A DNA stretch of 64,000 nucleotides from Malacoraja senta (lineage: Eukaryota). The notes below the pieces were generated by a model. The model was not told the origin of the DNA, ran no database searches, and saw nothing but the letters and a program-made list of their open reading frames with translations. Of this stretch, positions 25,790 through 37,802 are shown in pieces. Both the position numbers and the translations under genes were made by a program. Location: NCBI GenBank assembly GCA_038087875.1, contig CM075992.1, positions 8,930,001 to 8,994,000 of the forward strand, given 5' to 3'. Numbering within the stretch: position 1 is the first letter of the stretch; the number at the start of each line of letters is the position of its first letter.

Positions 25790-25990
25790 ATGAATTTAGT
25801 AGGGCAAGAGCAGACAGAAACAATGGGTCTGCCAGGACAGTTGTGTTGAGGGAATTTGGGGAGAAGATAAAACCGGGCCATGCGGGGCTCGGGGACAATA
25901 AGGTTGGAGGTTGCGGAAGGCAGGTAGCCGAAAGTGATAACATCGGGGGTGGTAATGTTGGAGGCTGTGGAGAGCAGACATAACCATCGT
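25790..25990 (-). mobile_element. Penelope-like reverse transcriptase N-terminal fragment
   Basis: ARFYLLPK...PGRPIVS...PTKFIS motif typical of PLE reverse transcriptases. Confidence 0.7.
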
Positions 25991-26049
25991 GGTTGCTTCA
26001 TGGCCTGGTTCAGTAACTCAAACATCTAGCAATGAAGGAGACTAGGGTA

Positions 26050-26250
26050 GTGGACACTGCCTGGATATTGACCTCCCCGCATTCAAAAGGATCTGTAGGA
26101 AACACTGCTTCAAAAAGGCAACTAATATCATCAAAGCCCCACACCACCCTGGCCACGCTCTCATCTTGATGCACTATTGGTAAGAAGGTACAGGAGCCCA
26201 AGAACCGTGACCTCCAGGTTCAGGAACAACAACTTCCCAGCAACTAAAAC
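26050..26250 (+). mobile_element. Rex1/Babar-like LINE 3' fragment (similar pieces at ~570-800, 10930-10995, 14790-15140)
   Basis: C-terminal motif RYRS..T.TSRFRNxxFP. Confidence 0.55.
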
Positions 26251-27382
26251 CACTCTTCACACTTTTAACCACAAGCCTAACTCAACACAGAACTACTGTG
26301 AACTTTGTACTACTAAGGTTGCACTATATACCTTGGCTTTCATTATCATGATCTGGTTTACCTAAATAAGGTACAACTGACAATTTACTGTTCATTCGAT
26401 TATTGTGTTTGATGAGTTACTAAAGTTGCAGCAAGTAAGAATGTCATTGTTCAGACCTCAGTGTCTATGGCAATGAATCTCTGGGCCATTAGGTCGCCCC
26501 CTGATCTTATTGAATGACAGTGGAACACAAAGTGCTGGAGTAACTCAGCGGGTCAGGCAGCATCTTTTTTTTAGTTTAGATTAGGGATACAGCGTGGAAA
26601 CAAGCCCCTCGGCCCACCGAGTCCACACCGACCAGCCATCCGCACAAAGTAATGCTATCCCGCACACTAGAGACAATTTACTATTTTAACAAAGCCAATT
26701 AACCTACAAACCTGTACATCTTTGGAGTGTAGGAGGAAACCGGGGCACCCGGTGAAAACCCACCACGATCACAAGGTGAATGTACAAACTCTGTACAGAC
26801 AGCACCCATAGTCAGGATCGAACCTGGGTCCCTAGCGCTGTAAGGCAGCAACTCTACCGATGCGCCACTGTGCAGCTCTATCTCTGGAAGACATGGATAC
26901 GCAACAATGTTTTGGGTCGGGTCCCTTTAGACTTATCGAATGGCAGAGCAGTCTCGAGGGGCTGACTCATGCTACAATCTGCATTTTTATGTTGAGCCCA
27001 GAGAAGAGAAAAATAAATGTTATAATCGGCAACTGATGCTAATCGTGTAATAATTGCATGTGTATTTAGGGCCCTTTATCTGCCCTTTCCCATTGTGGGG
27101 GAATCTACTGTAGAACTAGACGGTCACTGTTCAAAAGACAGTGGTCACCCAAATAAGATTGAGCTGGTAGACAGTCAGAACATTTGTCCCAGGGTGGAAA
27201 TGTCAAAGTCTAGAGGGCAGAGGGCATATGGACTCGGGAATATATAGGGAACAGAGGGACATGGATTATAGGCAGGCAGATAAGAATTGGTCTTGGTATC
27301 ATGTTCTGCACAGACATTGTGGGCCGAAGGGCCCGTTCTTGTGCTGTACTGTTCTATATGTGAGGCTTATATAGTTAGACCC

Positions 27383-27980
27383 AGTCAGAGTATAGAAGTT
27401 GGGAGGTCATGTTGCAGTTGAATAAGGCGTTGGTGAGACCGCATTTAGAATATTGTGTTCAGTTCTGGGCACCATGTTATAGCAAAGATATTGTCAAGCT
27501 TGAAAGGGTTCAGAAAAGATTTACAAAGATGTTACCAGGACTAGAGGGTGTGAGCTATAGGGAGAGGTTGAGCAGGCTGGGGTCTCTATTCCATGGCGCG
27601 CAGGAGGATAAGGGGTGATCTTATAGAGGTGTACAAAATCATGAGAGGAATAGATTGGGTAGATGCCCAGAGTAGGGGAATCGAGGACCAGAGGACATAG
27701 TGTTCAAGGTGAAGGGGAAAAGTTTTAATAGGAATCCAAGGGATAACTTTTTCACACAATGGGTGGTGGGTGTATGGAACAAGCTGCCAGAGGAGGTAGT
27801 TGAGGCTGAGAATATCACAACGTTTAAGAAACTTCGACAGGTAGATGAGTAGGACAGGTTTGGAGAGATATGGACCAGGCGCAGGCAGGTGGGACCAGTG
27901 TAACTGGGACATGTTGGCCGGTGTGGGCATGTTGGGCCGAAGGGCCTGTTTCCACGCTGTATCACTCTATGACTCTATAT
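27383..27980 (+). mobile_element. CR1 LINE 3' fragment (HER1-like tail)
   Basis: [15 protein letters not shown]; tail gggccgaagggcctgtttcc shared with the SINEs. Confidence 0.85.
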
Positions 27981-30442
27981 GAAGGGAAAGGAGGGATATG
28001 GATCACGTGGAGGCAGGGGAAATTAGTGTAACTTGGCATCATGTTCTACGTTGTGTGTTCTGAGGCAATTCCTTTTCTCGCAAGAGTCATGAATCTTTGG
28101 AACGGTCTTCCTCTGGGATCAGCATAAGCAGAGACTTCAATGTTTTTAAGGCAGAGCCTTGGTAAGGAAGTAGGTGAAAGATTGTTGGTGCTGGGTGGGA
28201 ACAGAGAGCTGAGGTACCAATCACATGCGCTGTGAGTGTATGGAAGGTCCAGAGACCAAATTATCAACTCCTGCTCCAACGTTGTATACTCCTCTGTATA
28301 ATTGTGTTACTTTGCTTACATGCACAGCAACAAGAGTTCAGACAAGGTCCTGTGGAATGGGAGAGCATGGTTCGAGGGGCAAAAGACCTTCACCTGCTTA
28401 GTTTAGTTTAGAGATACAGCGCAGAAACTGGCCCTTCGGCCCACCAAGTCCACACCGACCTACGATCCATGCACATTAACACTATCCTACACTAGGGACA
28501 ATTTTTACATTTGTACCAAGCCAATTAACCTACAAACCTGTACTTCTTTGGAGTGTGGCAGGACAATGGACAATAGGCGCAGTAGGCCATTCGGCCCATC
28601 AAGCCAGCACTGCCATTCACTGTGATCATGGCTGATCATCCACAATCAGTACCCCATTCCTGCCTTCTCCCCGTATCCCTTGACTCTGCTATCTTTAAGA
28701 GCTCTATCTAACTCTCTCTTGAAAGCATCCAGAGAATTGGCCTCCACTGCTTCTGAGGCAGAGAATTCCACAGATTCACAACTCTCTGGGTGAAAAAGTT
28801 TTTCCTCATATCTTTTCTAAATGGCCTACCCCTTATTCTTAAACTGTGGTGACCGGTTCTGGACTCCCCCAACATCGGGAACAGCCTCTAGCGTGCCCAA
28901 TCCCTTAATAATCTTATATGTTTCAATAAGATCCCCTCTCATCCTTCTAAACTCCAGTGTGTACAAGCCCAGTTGCTCCATTATAGACAATAGACAATAT
29001 ACAATAGGTGCAGGAGTAGGCCATTTGGCCCTTTGAGCCAGCACCACCATTCAATGTGATCATGGCTGATCATCCCCAATCAGTACCCCGTTCCTACCTT
29101 CTCCTCATATCCCCCGACTCCGCTATTCTTTCAACATATGACAGACCCGCCATCCCGGGAATTAACCTTCAAAGTTCTCGGAGAAAACCTTCGCAGGTCA
29201 CGTGGAGGACGTACAAATTCCGTACAGACAAGCGCCCGTAGCCAGGATCGAACTCGGGTCTCCGCTTCTATGACTTATGCTCTTATTCTCTCATGAACGC
29301 ACGATATCTCGACAAGGCTTAGCGGCCAAATCCCATTCCCGTGATTTCACGCTGGCAGCTGTACCAACCAGTCTCAGTGTTGCTCCAAAATAAAAAGCAT
29401 GTATCCACAGGTACTCGTTTAAATTTCCACAAGTCATAATTTATTTGCAATTTTAAAAAATATAATCCACTCAACAATAAATTCAACTTCATAAATATAA
29501 TTACATGTGCAACATCAACCAATAAAGTCTTCAGAATGTTTCCAACTCATTTTCTTCTCCTTTCCCCTGCAGAATCTGTCTTGCAGGATTACCGCCATTG
29601 GCGGGCAGTCCCAACCCCTGTTCTTAATGTCAGGGACCTTTAAGTTAATCATCTCTGCAAGCCACGAATAGACTTTAAAACTCCAAACTCATGCTGAACA
29701 GTAACAACAGCAACACGTTTAACAACACGTTTAAACAGCATTAGTAAAGTTAACAACATCCTAACTCTCCACAGAAAAATAGACAGAAATGAGAATGAGC
29801 ACCAGTACAGAAAGCATCAATGAGGCGATAAGACATATGCCTTGATAAAAGCTTCTAAGAGGGAGAAAAAGTAGAAGACTTTAGCTTCCTAGACCCTCTC
29901 ATGGCTTTTCATTGTCCCTTGACCAACAAGACCACTCTGAAACGCTGCCACTGTGGCAATGTAGGAAGTACAGCAGGCAAAGATAGGCACAAAATGCTGG
30001 AGTAACTCAGCGAGACAGGCAGCATCTCTGAAGAGAAGGAATGGGTGACGTTTCAGGTCGAGAAGGGTCTCTCCCCTCCCCTACCTTAGTTCTCCTACTA
30101 GTTTCACTGCCCTCCTGATTAATTTTGCTGTTTGTACACCTCGTTGTCACCTTCCACTCAGCCGACAATGAACCATTGTACATTTCCTTGAGCATCGACT
30201 GCTTTGATCTGTCCTTTGCTCACCTTAGACATGCTCTTTGCACCCTTCCATATCCATATCTCTCGTTTCCCTTCCCCCCCCCCCCCTCCGACTCAGTCCG
30301 AAGAAGGATTCCGACCTGAAACTTCTCTCCAGATGCTGCCTGTCCCGCTGAGTTACTCCAGCATTTTGTGTCTATCGTCGGTATAAACCAGCATCTGCAG
30401 TTCCTTCCTACACAAGTGCAGCAGACAAATTGGACCCAGCAA

Positions 30443-30580
30443 TCTCTCATGCTCTCCCCACCCTCCCCCCCCTTTGTGTGTGTGGGGGGTGGTTAGAGTG
30501 TGTGTGACGCCGCAGGCCCCCCCCCCCCCCCGCAACCGCGCGTTGAGGGGACAGGACCCAACGTGTCCCCCTTGGTCTAG
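30443..30580 (+). mobile_element. Putative non-autonomous mini-Helitron
   Basis: A|TC start; GC hairpin (ggacccaacgtgtcc) shortly before a terminal CTAG|T; no TSD. Confidence 0.45.
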
Positions 30581-30914
30581 TGAACAATAAAGGTGGAAAT
30601 ATTTCCCAAAAATCAAGGACTGACTTTACTGTTCTTCAAAGTATCGCCAAGAACCTTTTGTGTTGACCTGCCGATAATTTTTGGGGAGGTACCAGCCACA
30701 GTACAGTGCGCCCCAAGGGTGCGTCAGCTGAGAGTTTTGTGCTCACACACTCGGGGTTCGTTCTTGAGCTGACAGCCCTCTGATTCAGGAGCCTGAGTGT
30801 TGTGTTGGACGGCAAGGCCAGAGTAAGTCAATGCAGCCATGTTACTGATACCGGGAGAGGCCGTGAACTGCAAGCGCAGTAGTTGAGGGAAGAGCGTGTG
30901 TTTGCCAAGGATAA

Positions 30915-31138
30915 GTGGGTACAGAAATTGATGACAGTGCGGCAGAGTGGGAACAAAAATTGATGACGGATTAGCAGAGTGGGTACTGAAAGTGATGACG
31001 GATTAGCAGAGTGGGTACAGAAAGTGATGACAGTACAGCAGAGTGGGTACATAAATTGATGACTGATTAGCAGAGTGGGTTCAGAAAGTGATGACGGACT
31101 AGCAGAGTGGGTACAGAAAGTGATGACAGTGCAGCAGA
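30915..31138. repeat. 32-bp tandem repeat, 7 copies
   Basis: GTGGGTACWGAAAKTGATGAC(GGATTA/AGTRCR)GCAGA starting at 30915 and every 32 bp. Confidence 0.9.
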
Positions 31139-34100
31139 AGTCCAGGTTCACCCGAATTTTCCACCCTCTAACTTTCGTCACCACTGCAATCAATAGTTTG
31201 ATGAAAAAGCTACACTTGCAAAACGTGGGGTATTTATCCTCCATATATGTGGGGAAGGCAGGAACGAGGTACTGATTTAGGATGATCTGCCATGATCATA
31301 TTGAATGGTGGTGCTGGCTCGAAGGGCCGAATGGCCTACTCCTGCACCTATTTTCTATGTCTCTATGTCTCTGTGTCAATATGTTTATTTAGACCTTCTC
31401 TCTTCCTCCTCGGGGAATACTGGGGTAGGGAGCTTATAGGATCCCCACCAGCCCCAGTTAAGAGGTGACGAGGTCACTTTTGTCCTTCCTGCGCTTGGTC
31501 TTGCCCGAGATCAGATCACTGAGCATGTTCAGGGTTCAGAAACAGGGCAAGCTTTAAGAAAACTCCCCTCCCCCCATCTTCCCTCCCCACCCCTCCCATC
31601 TCTTCCTACCCCTCCCCTCCTTTCTTCTCTCCGCTCCCTCCCCACCCCTGTGCCCCACCTGGACCGTCATCGATTTCTCTTCCCTCCTCTGGCTTCACAA
31701 TTTGCAACTCTTCATTCCTTCTGCCTCACTCCTGTTTTAATCTCTGGCCTTTGTTCCAACCATCTGCCTATCAATACCCAGACCCCCTTGCTTGTGTCCA
31801 CTCCCATCTCCCGGCTTTCTTTCCTTCCCCGCCCCCCCCCCCCCCCCATCAGTCTGAAGAAAGGTCCCGACCCAAAACGTCACAGATCCAAGTTCTCCAG
31901 AGATGATCCAGAGAGTTACATCAGCACAACTTTGTGCAAACCAACATCTGCAGTTCCTTCTTTCTACACTCAGAAGCTGGGAGTTCTCCTCAAGAGCAGA
32001 GCACTCTTAAAGGCAATACATTCCATGAGAAGACTCTAGCTGCTGAGTCTACCAGCATGTGGGAGGTGGGATTGATAACAAAGTGTGGTGGGTGTATGGA
32101 ACGAGCTGCCAGAGGAGGTAGTTGAGGCTGGGACTATCCCAACATTTAAGAAACAGTTGGACAGGTACATGGATAGGACAGGTTTGGAGCGATATGGTCC
32201 AAGTGTAGCAGGTGGGACTAGTGTAGCTGGGACATTTTGGCCGGTGTGGGCATGTTGGGCCGAAGGGCCTGTTTCCAATCTGTATCACTATGACTAACAA
32301 ACAAAATACGCAACTTGTTTTTGCATTTTGCACATTCCTTATTTGGAAGTTTGGGCTGGGAGATAGCTACATCTGTGGCCACACCCATCCGCAATTGAGG
32401 CAAGTTTAATCGAGGCTAGATCCCTATAATTACAGCACCGCTGCACAGGCGGGCGGTTATTGGTCTGAAATGTTGACTGGATTTCACTGTCTGTGCTGCT
32501 GGGTGCTTCCAACATTTTGTTTATGCTTACAGCATTACTGAAAGCATTGAGGGGAATGTAAGCCCTCTCCAAAAACAGGTCATGACTTTGGCAGCAGATA
32601 GACACAAAATGCTGGAGTAACTCAGAGGGACAGGCAGCATCTCTGGAAAAAAGGAATGGGTGACCTTTCGGGTCGAGACCCTTCTTCAGACTGATGTCAG
32701 GGGAGAGCGAGATACATAGATAAGAAAGTGTAGGGTGTGAAAATAGGACAAAGGGAATGGCAGTGTCAGACTGCTGTTTTCCAAGGAAGGCAGAAGGGAA
32801 AATTGTCACCAAGGAGGTTTACTGGGTTATTGAAAACATTAATACACCTTCAGTTCCCAAATGTCTCCACTGGTCCAAAGCTTAATTACAGTAGATACTA
32901 TTTACCAGCTGGAGGCATAGAATAAACAACGGAGTAAGCAGGTTCCTAATCTTCCCGAGACTGCTGTTCACTCAGTAGGGACTATTTCTTCACCATTGCA
33001 ACTGTGTGAAACTGTTCGGGGGATTCCTGCAAGTATCCATTCACTCCGGATAAACAAGGTCTCTACTCGTAGAAGCAAGGAACTGCAGGTGCTGGTTCAC
33101 ACCAAAGATAGACGCAAAGTGCTGGAGTAACTCAGCGGGTCAGGCAGCATTTCTGCAAGAAAAGGGTAGGTGACCCTTCTCCAGACTGAGGGTAGGGGTG
33201 GGTGGAGGAAGAGCTGAAGACATGAAGGTCTCCACTTTCCCCCTTTACGAAGATCCATGCTTTTAAGCAGGCACAAGGAATTGCAGATGCCAGTTTACAA
33301 AAAAGACACAAAGTGCTGGAATAATTTAGCAGGTCAGGCAGCATCTATGGAGGACATGGTTAGGTGACGTTTTGGGTTCTGTCCCCTCATCTAAACCGGG
33401 TCCCAACCCGAAAAGTCGCCTATCCACGTCGGCCAGAGATGCTGCCTGACACACTGAATTACTCCAGCACTATAGAGAGTTTCTTGTTATCCAAATGCTG
33501 GAAGAATTTACCGTCCGATTTAATTATGAGCTCTTGGCTCCTGGAATCTCTGAGTCAAAACACAAAGTGCTAGAGGAACTCAGCGGGTCAGGCAGCATCT
33601 GTGGAGGGAATGGACAAGCGACTTCTGGAATCTCTGCCTGAGTCCTGCTGATTAAACTGCATCCACACTTTTATCTACTTATTCTGTGAAACCCGAAAAC
33701 ACACAAAGATAGCCTGCACATGTGCAACGCAGTTAAACCCAGAACTTTTAAGTGCTTCACGATTTCTTCTGGAAGGTTAAGTATCCCCTTTTTCTTAACA
33801 TTATTAAAAGGGGCATTTATAGCTTTGCCTTTGTACAATGGGAAATTAATTTTCAAATAAAACAGTATAAATGAACACACACACACACACTCCTTATGAA
33901 TTATTAAAGCACCCAGGACTTAAAAGTTAATTGCTACATTAACTGCTGTTTCCGTTAAAAGAACAAAAAAAGGGGGGAAAAAATAACAACAAAACTATTC
34001 TAACTTAAAAAATCTGTAAAGCACAACTCATTATTTTTTTTACAGTACTTTAAATCCATGTAAACACACATTGGTTAAGATAAAACATGAAACTTCGATC

Positions 34101-34682
34101 GCCAGCTCGTACATGGGATATTCCTGTTTTAGAGACACAATTTTCCCTGAGGCGCTCGTGATTGAGGCCGTGTGGGCTGAAGAGCGGATTTCAGCTCACC
34201 CCTCACCTTCCACCCCCTTCATCTCTCCCCACCACCCAGTGTCTAAGAGATCTCGTTGTTCAGTGCAGGTCTCCAGATGCAGTGAGTGAGTGGCTCCCAG
34301 CGGCATTCTGCCCACGGACCTCCCTGCGTCTCCTTCTGGACAGTCCGTCAAAAGGTGCTTGTTTCCCCGAAGACCAAGATTGTGGAGCTGAGCTGCTTCC
34401 AGCTCTCCTGCAGGGAAGCTCGGCAAAGCCCAGGGTGCCCGAGGCAACGTGCAAAAAGCCTTGGTTCAAAATGCGCTGCAGAGTTCAAAGCCACTTCTGC
34501 TCCCTTTCAAATTTACACGAGCAAAAAAAAAAAAAATTTTTTATATTATTTTTTTTTAAGCCATTTGGATACTGTTTTTTTGGTCAGATGGACATCAAAT
34601 ATTTTGAGTCGGAGCTTCCACTCTAGTTCGGCAAATTAAAAACAAAAATGTAGTCAACCACGAGCATGGTCTGGCAAGGTTA

Positions 34683-34913
34683 AGGGCCAGTCCCACTTTC
34701 ACGACCTAATTCACGACCTCTGCCGAGTTTGCTCTTGACTCAAACTCGCAGCATGGTCGTCACGAGGTCGTAGGTAGGTAGGTCGTAGCAGGCCGTGATG
34801 CTAGTCGTAGGTACTCGTGGCATCAAGTAGGTCGGGGCGTTTTTCTAGCCTGATGAAAAATGTCCACGAGTAAAAAAGGTCGTGAATTAGGTGGTGAAAG
34901 TGGGACAGGCCCT
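34683..34913. mobile_element. PIF/Harbinger-type MITE, subfamily B, in the CDKN2D 3' UTR region
   Basis: Near-identical to 3613-3839; TTA TSD; ends 43 nt from the stop codon. Confidence 0.85.
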
Positions 34914-34956
34914 TTAAAGTGAGGAGATGTCAGTCAGTGTTGCAGCCACCTGCGTA

Positions 34957-35331
34957 TCAGTGCAGGGACGGGGTTCCCATTGCTTGCAAGTGCTCCTCCA
35001 ACCACTCCACCACCTCAGTTCTACCGCAAGCCCTAGCCACGTCCAGCGGGGTCTGCCCACTGAAGTTCTTGTGCCAGACGCACGACTTCGGAGCCAGGAA
35101 CTGAACGAGGCCGAGGTGTCCTTCTTGAGCGGCGAGGTGGATCGGCAGACAGCCCGAACCATCCTCCAATTTCATGTTTGAGTTGTACTCAACCAGGACC
35201 ATCATGGTGTCCAGGAAGCCCGCACGGGCCACATCGTGCGCTGGGGTGAAGCCATTCTTATCCTGGATGTTGGGGTCCGCCCCATTCTTCAGCAGCTCCT
35301 CAGCCACGAGGCTGCAACCCATCATCATCAC
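34957..35331 (-). CDS. CDKN2D: p19INK4d coding exon 2 (VMMMGCSLVAEELLKNGADPNIQD...GTPSLH*)
   Basis: cccctcAG acceptor; ankyrin repeats with HDVARAGFLDT and LPIHLAAQEGH. ELLK.GA.PN.QD, VLVE and DG.G.LPIHLA.QEGH are closer to p19 than p18, and KRI1 is adjacent as in human. Total 170 aa. Confidence 0.93.
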   Translation of the reverse strand: MMMMGCSLVAEELLKNGADPNIQDKNGFTPAHDVARAGFLDTMMVLVEYNSNMKLEDGSGCLPIHLAAQEGHLGLVQFLAPKSCVWHKNFSGQTPLDVARACGRTEVVEWLEEHLQAMGTPSLH

Positions 35332-36453
35332 CTGAGGGGAGACAGACACGAGATTAGGATGCCGTGCTTCGGTTTAGCAATTTTATTTTGTACCACATCA
35401 GATTGCGTCACAGTCCTTGCACCAGTCTGCTGGTTTACATTCAGCGTTGTAAATATTATACCAGTACCACTTGTACTGTTGCCGTTCGGTCTGCAACGCC
35501 TGTGCTGAGGCCCGAGCAGGGTTCAAGGATGTGCGAAGAAACTGGAACATCAGGGGAGAAACCCACGCAGTTCATGCAAACTCCACGCAGGCAGCACCCG
35601 AGGTCAGGTCTAAACCAGAGTCCCTGGTAGCGGTGCCAACAGCCACTCGGTTACCGAGTTTACATTATTTCAGTCAATAGAGAGACCAGTTCAGTTTAGT
35701 TTATTGTCACGTGTACCGAGGTACAGTGAAAAGCTTTTTGTTGTGTGCCAACCAGTCAGCAGAAAGACAATACATGATTACAATCGAGTCATTTACAGTG
35801 TACAGATACATAAGGGAATAATGTTTAGTGCAAAGTCCGATCGAGGATAGTCCGAGGGTCATCAAAGAGGTAGATATGGATGATGTTTTGCATCCTATCC
35901 AAACACATCACTCCAAAGATATACAGGTTTGTAGGCCAATTGGCTTGGTATTTAAATATAAAATTGTCCCTAGTGTGTAGGATAGTGTTAATGTGCAAGG
36001 ATCGCTGATCGATGCAAACTCAGTGGGCCAAAGAGCCTGCTTCTGTGCTGTATCTCTAAGATCAGATAATACCTATATGACTTAATTAATGCACGAGACT
36101 AATATATATATAGGTCTGAAGATGGTTCCCAACCCGACAACGTCACCCACCTTTTTTCTCCAGAGGTGCTGCCTGACCCGCTGAATTACTCCAGCACCCT
36201 GTGTCTATCTTCAGATAATACTATACATCAATACAATTGAGGCAAACACGTTCAATAGGGGAAGATACAGAGTGCAAGATATAGTTCTCAGCATTGTAGC
36301 GCATCAGTTCCACAGACAAAGTCCATGTCCGCTACGGGGTAGAGGTGAATCGGACAGTACCCTAGCTTATGGAAGAACTGCTAGGAAGCCTGATAACAGA
36401 GGGGAAGAAGCTGTACCCGAGTCTAGTGTGCGTGCTTTCAATCTTCTGCCTGA

Positions 36454-36767
36454 AGGGCCTGTCCCACTGTACTGAGCTAATTCAGAGCTCTGCCGAGTTA
36501 AAAAAAAAATAATCAAACTCGTGGTAAGCACATAGAATGTACGTAGGAGCGGGTACGTCGGGAGCTCGGGACGTCTCGAAGCGGCTCGTAACGCTAACGG
36601 CAGGTACTTGGAAACGCGGTAAGCTCGTGAAGATTTTTCAACATGTGTGAAAAATGTCCACGAGAGCCCCGAGTACCTACGAGCGTCCGTTACAGTATTT
36701 CTCCGAGTTCGAATCAGGGGAAACTCGGGAGAACTCTTGAATTAGCTCGTACAGTGGGACAGCCCCT
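36454..36767. mobile_element. PIF/Harbinger-type MITE, subfamily C, in the CDKN2D intron
   Basis: Homologous to 12614-12922; TGA TSD. Confidence 0.8.
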
Positions 36768-37293
36768 TGACTAAGAATCTTGCAACCACCAACACCACAG
36801 ATCACCAAGGCTTTTTAAATAGACAGCCGAAAGGGCATTGACTCCTGACGAGGCAATGTGTGTGGACGATAAATCCTGGCCTTGACAGCACCACTCACAA
36901 ATAAGACCCAAACGTCACCTATTCATTCTCTCCAGAGATGCTCCCTGAGCCCGCTGAGTTACTCCAGCACATTGTGTCTATCTTTGGTATAAACCAGCAT
37001 CAGCAGTTCCTTTTTATTACAACTAGTGAATCGGTTTAGTTTAACAATACAGCAAAAACACAGGCCCTGCGATCCACTGAGTCCATGCTGACCATCGTTC
37101 ATCTATTTACACTAATTCCATGTTATCACACTCTGGTGCCTTCACGCCCACGTTGGTTTTGCATACAGCCTGTCACCGTTGGGTGACTCGCCAGCAGCCT
37201 CATGACAAGGTCCAGCCACCAGACCTCAATAACAACTCCAAGGTCAGACGCACTAATTGGTCTTATCTACACACTGGTTATGATTGATGGGAA

Positions 37294-37509
37294 GTTACAC
37301 AAAAATGCTGGAGAAACTCAGCGGGTGCAGCAGCATCTATGGAGCGAAGGAAATAGGTAACGTTTCGGGCCGAAACCCTTCTTCAGACGTTTCGGCCCGA
37401 AACGTTACCTATTTCCTTCGCTCCATAGATGCTGCTGCACCCGCTGAGTTTCTCCAGCATTTTTGTGTACCTTCGATTTTCCAGCATCTGCAGTTCCTTC
37501 TTTAACAAC
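37294..37509. mobile_element. Fold-back Penelope-derived insertion with 81-bp perfect inverted arms
   Basis: Arms 37296-37376 and 37389-37469; 14-bp flanking direct repeat atgattgatgggaa (37280-37293 and 37510-37523). Confidence 0.8.
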
Positions 37510-37741
37510 ATGATTGATGGGAATATAGGTAGAAGGGGCTTCTGGAATAAACGTGAGACAAGGTGTCTGGCTCAGCTAAGTGTTGTTTGTTCTTTGCTTT
37601 CTGCCGTGGGATTCAACAGATCCTACACACACTTTCTCCTCCACTCCCTTCACACTAGGAGTCATCCTGGAGAGTCAAATGCAACGAAATTTCGTTCTAG
37701 GTGCACTGTGTATAGGTGTATATCTGAATGACAATAAAGTT

Positions 37742-37802
37742 TTCATTCATTCATTCATTCATTCATTCATTCATTCATTCATTCATTCATTCATTCATTC
37801 AT
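37742..37802. repeat. (TTCA)n microsatellite
   Basis: Direct inspection. Confidence 0.9.

Noticed and set aside
30915..31138. CRISPR-like appearance of the 32-bp and 44-bp arrays
   Set aside because: No unique spacers, no cas genes, and vertebrate context.
34914..35162. Alternate-frame ORF over CDKN2D exon 2 (ARF-like overprinting)
   Set aside because: Short, no alternative first exon or ARF similarity seen, and expected by chance in GC-rich coding sequence.
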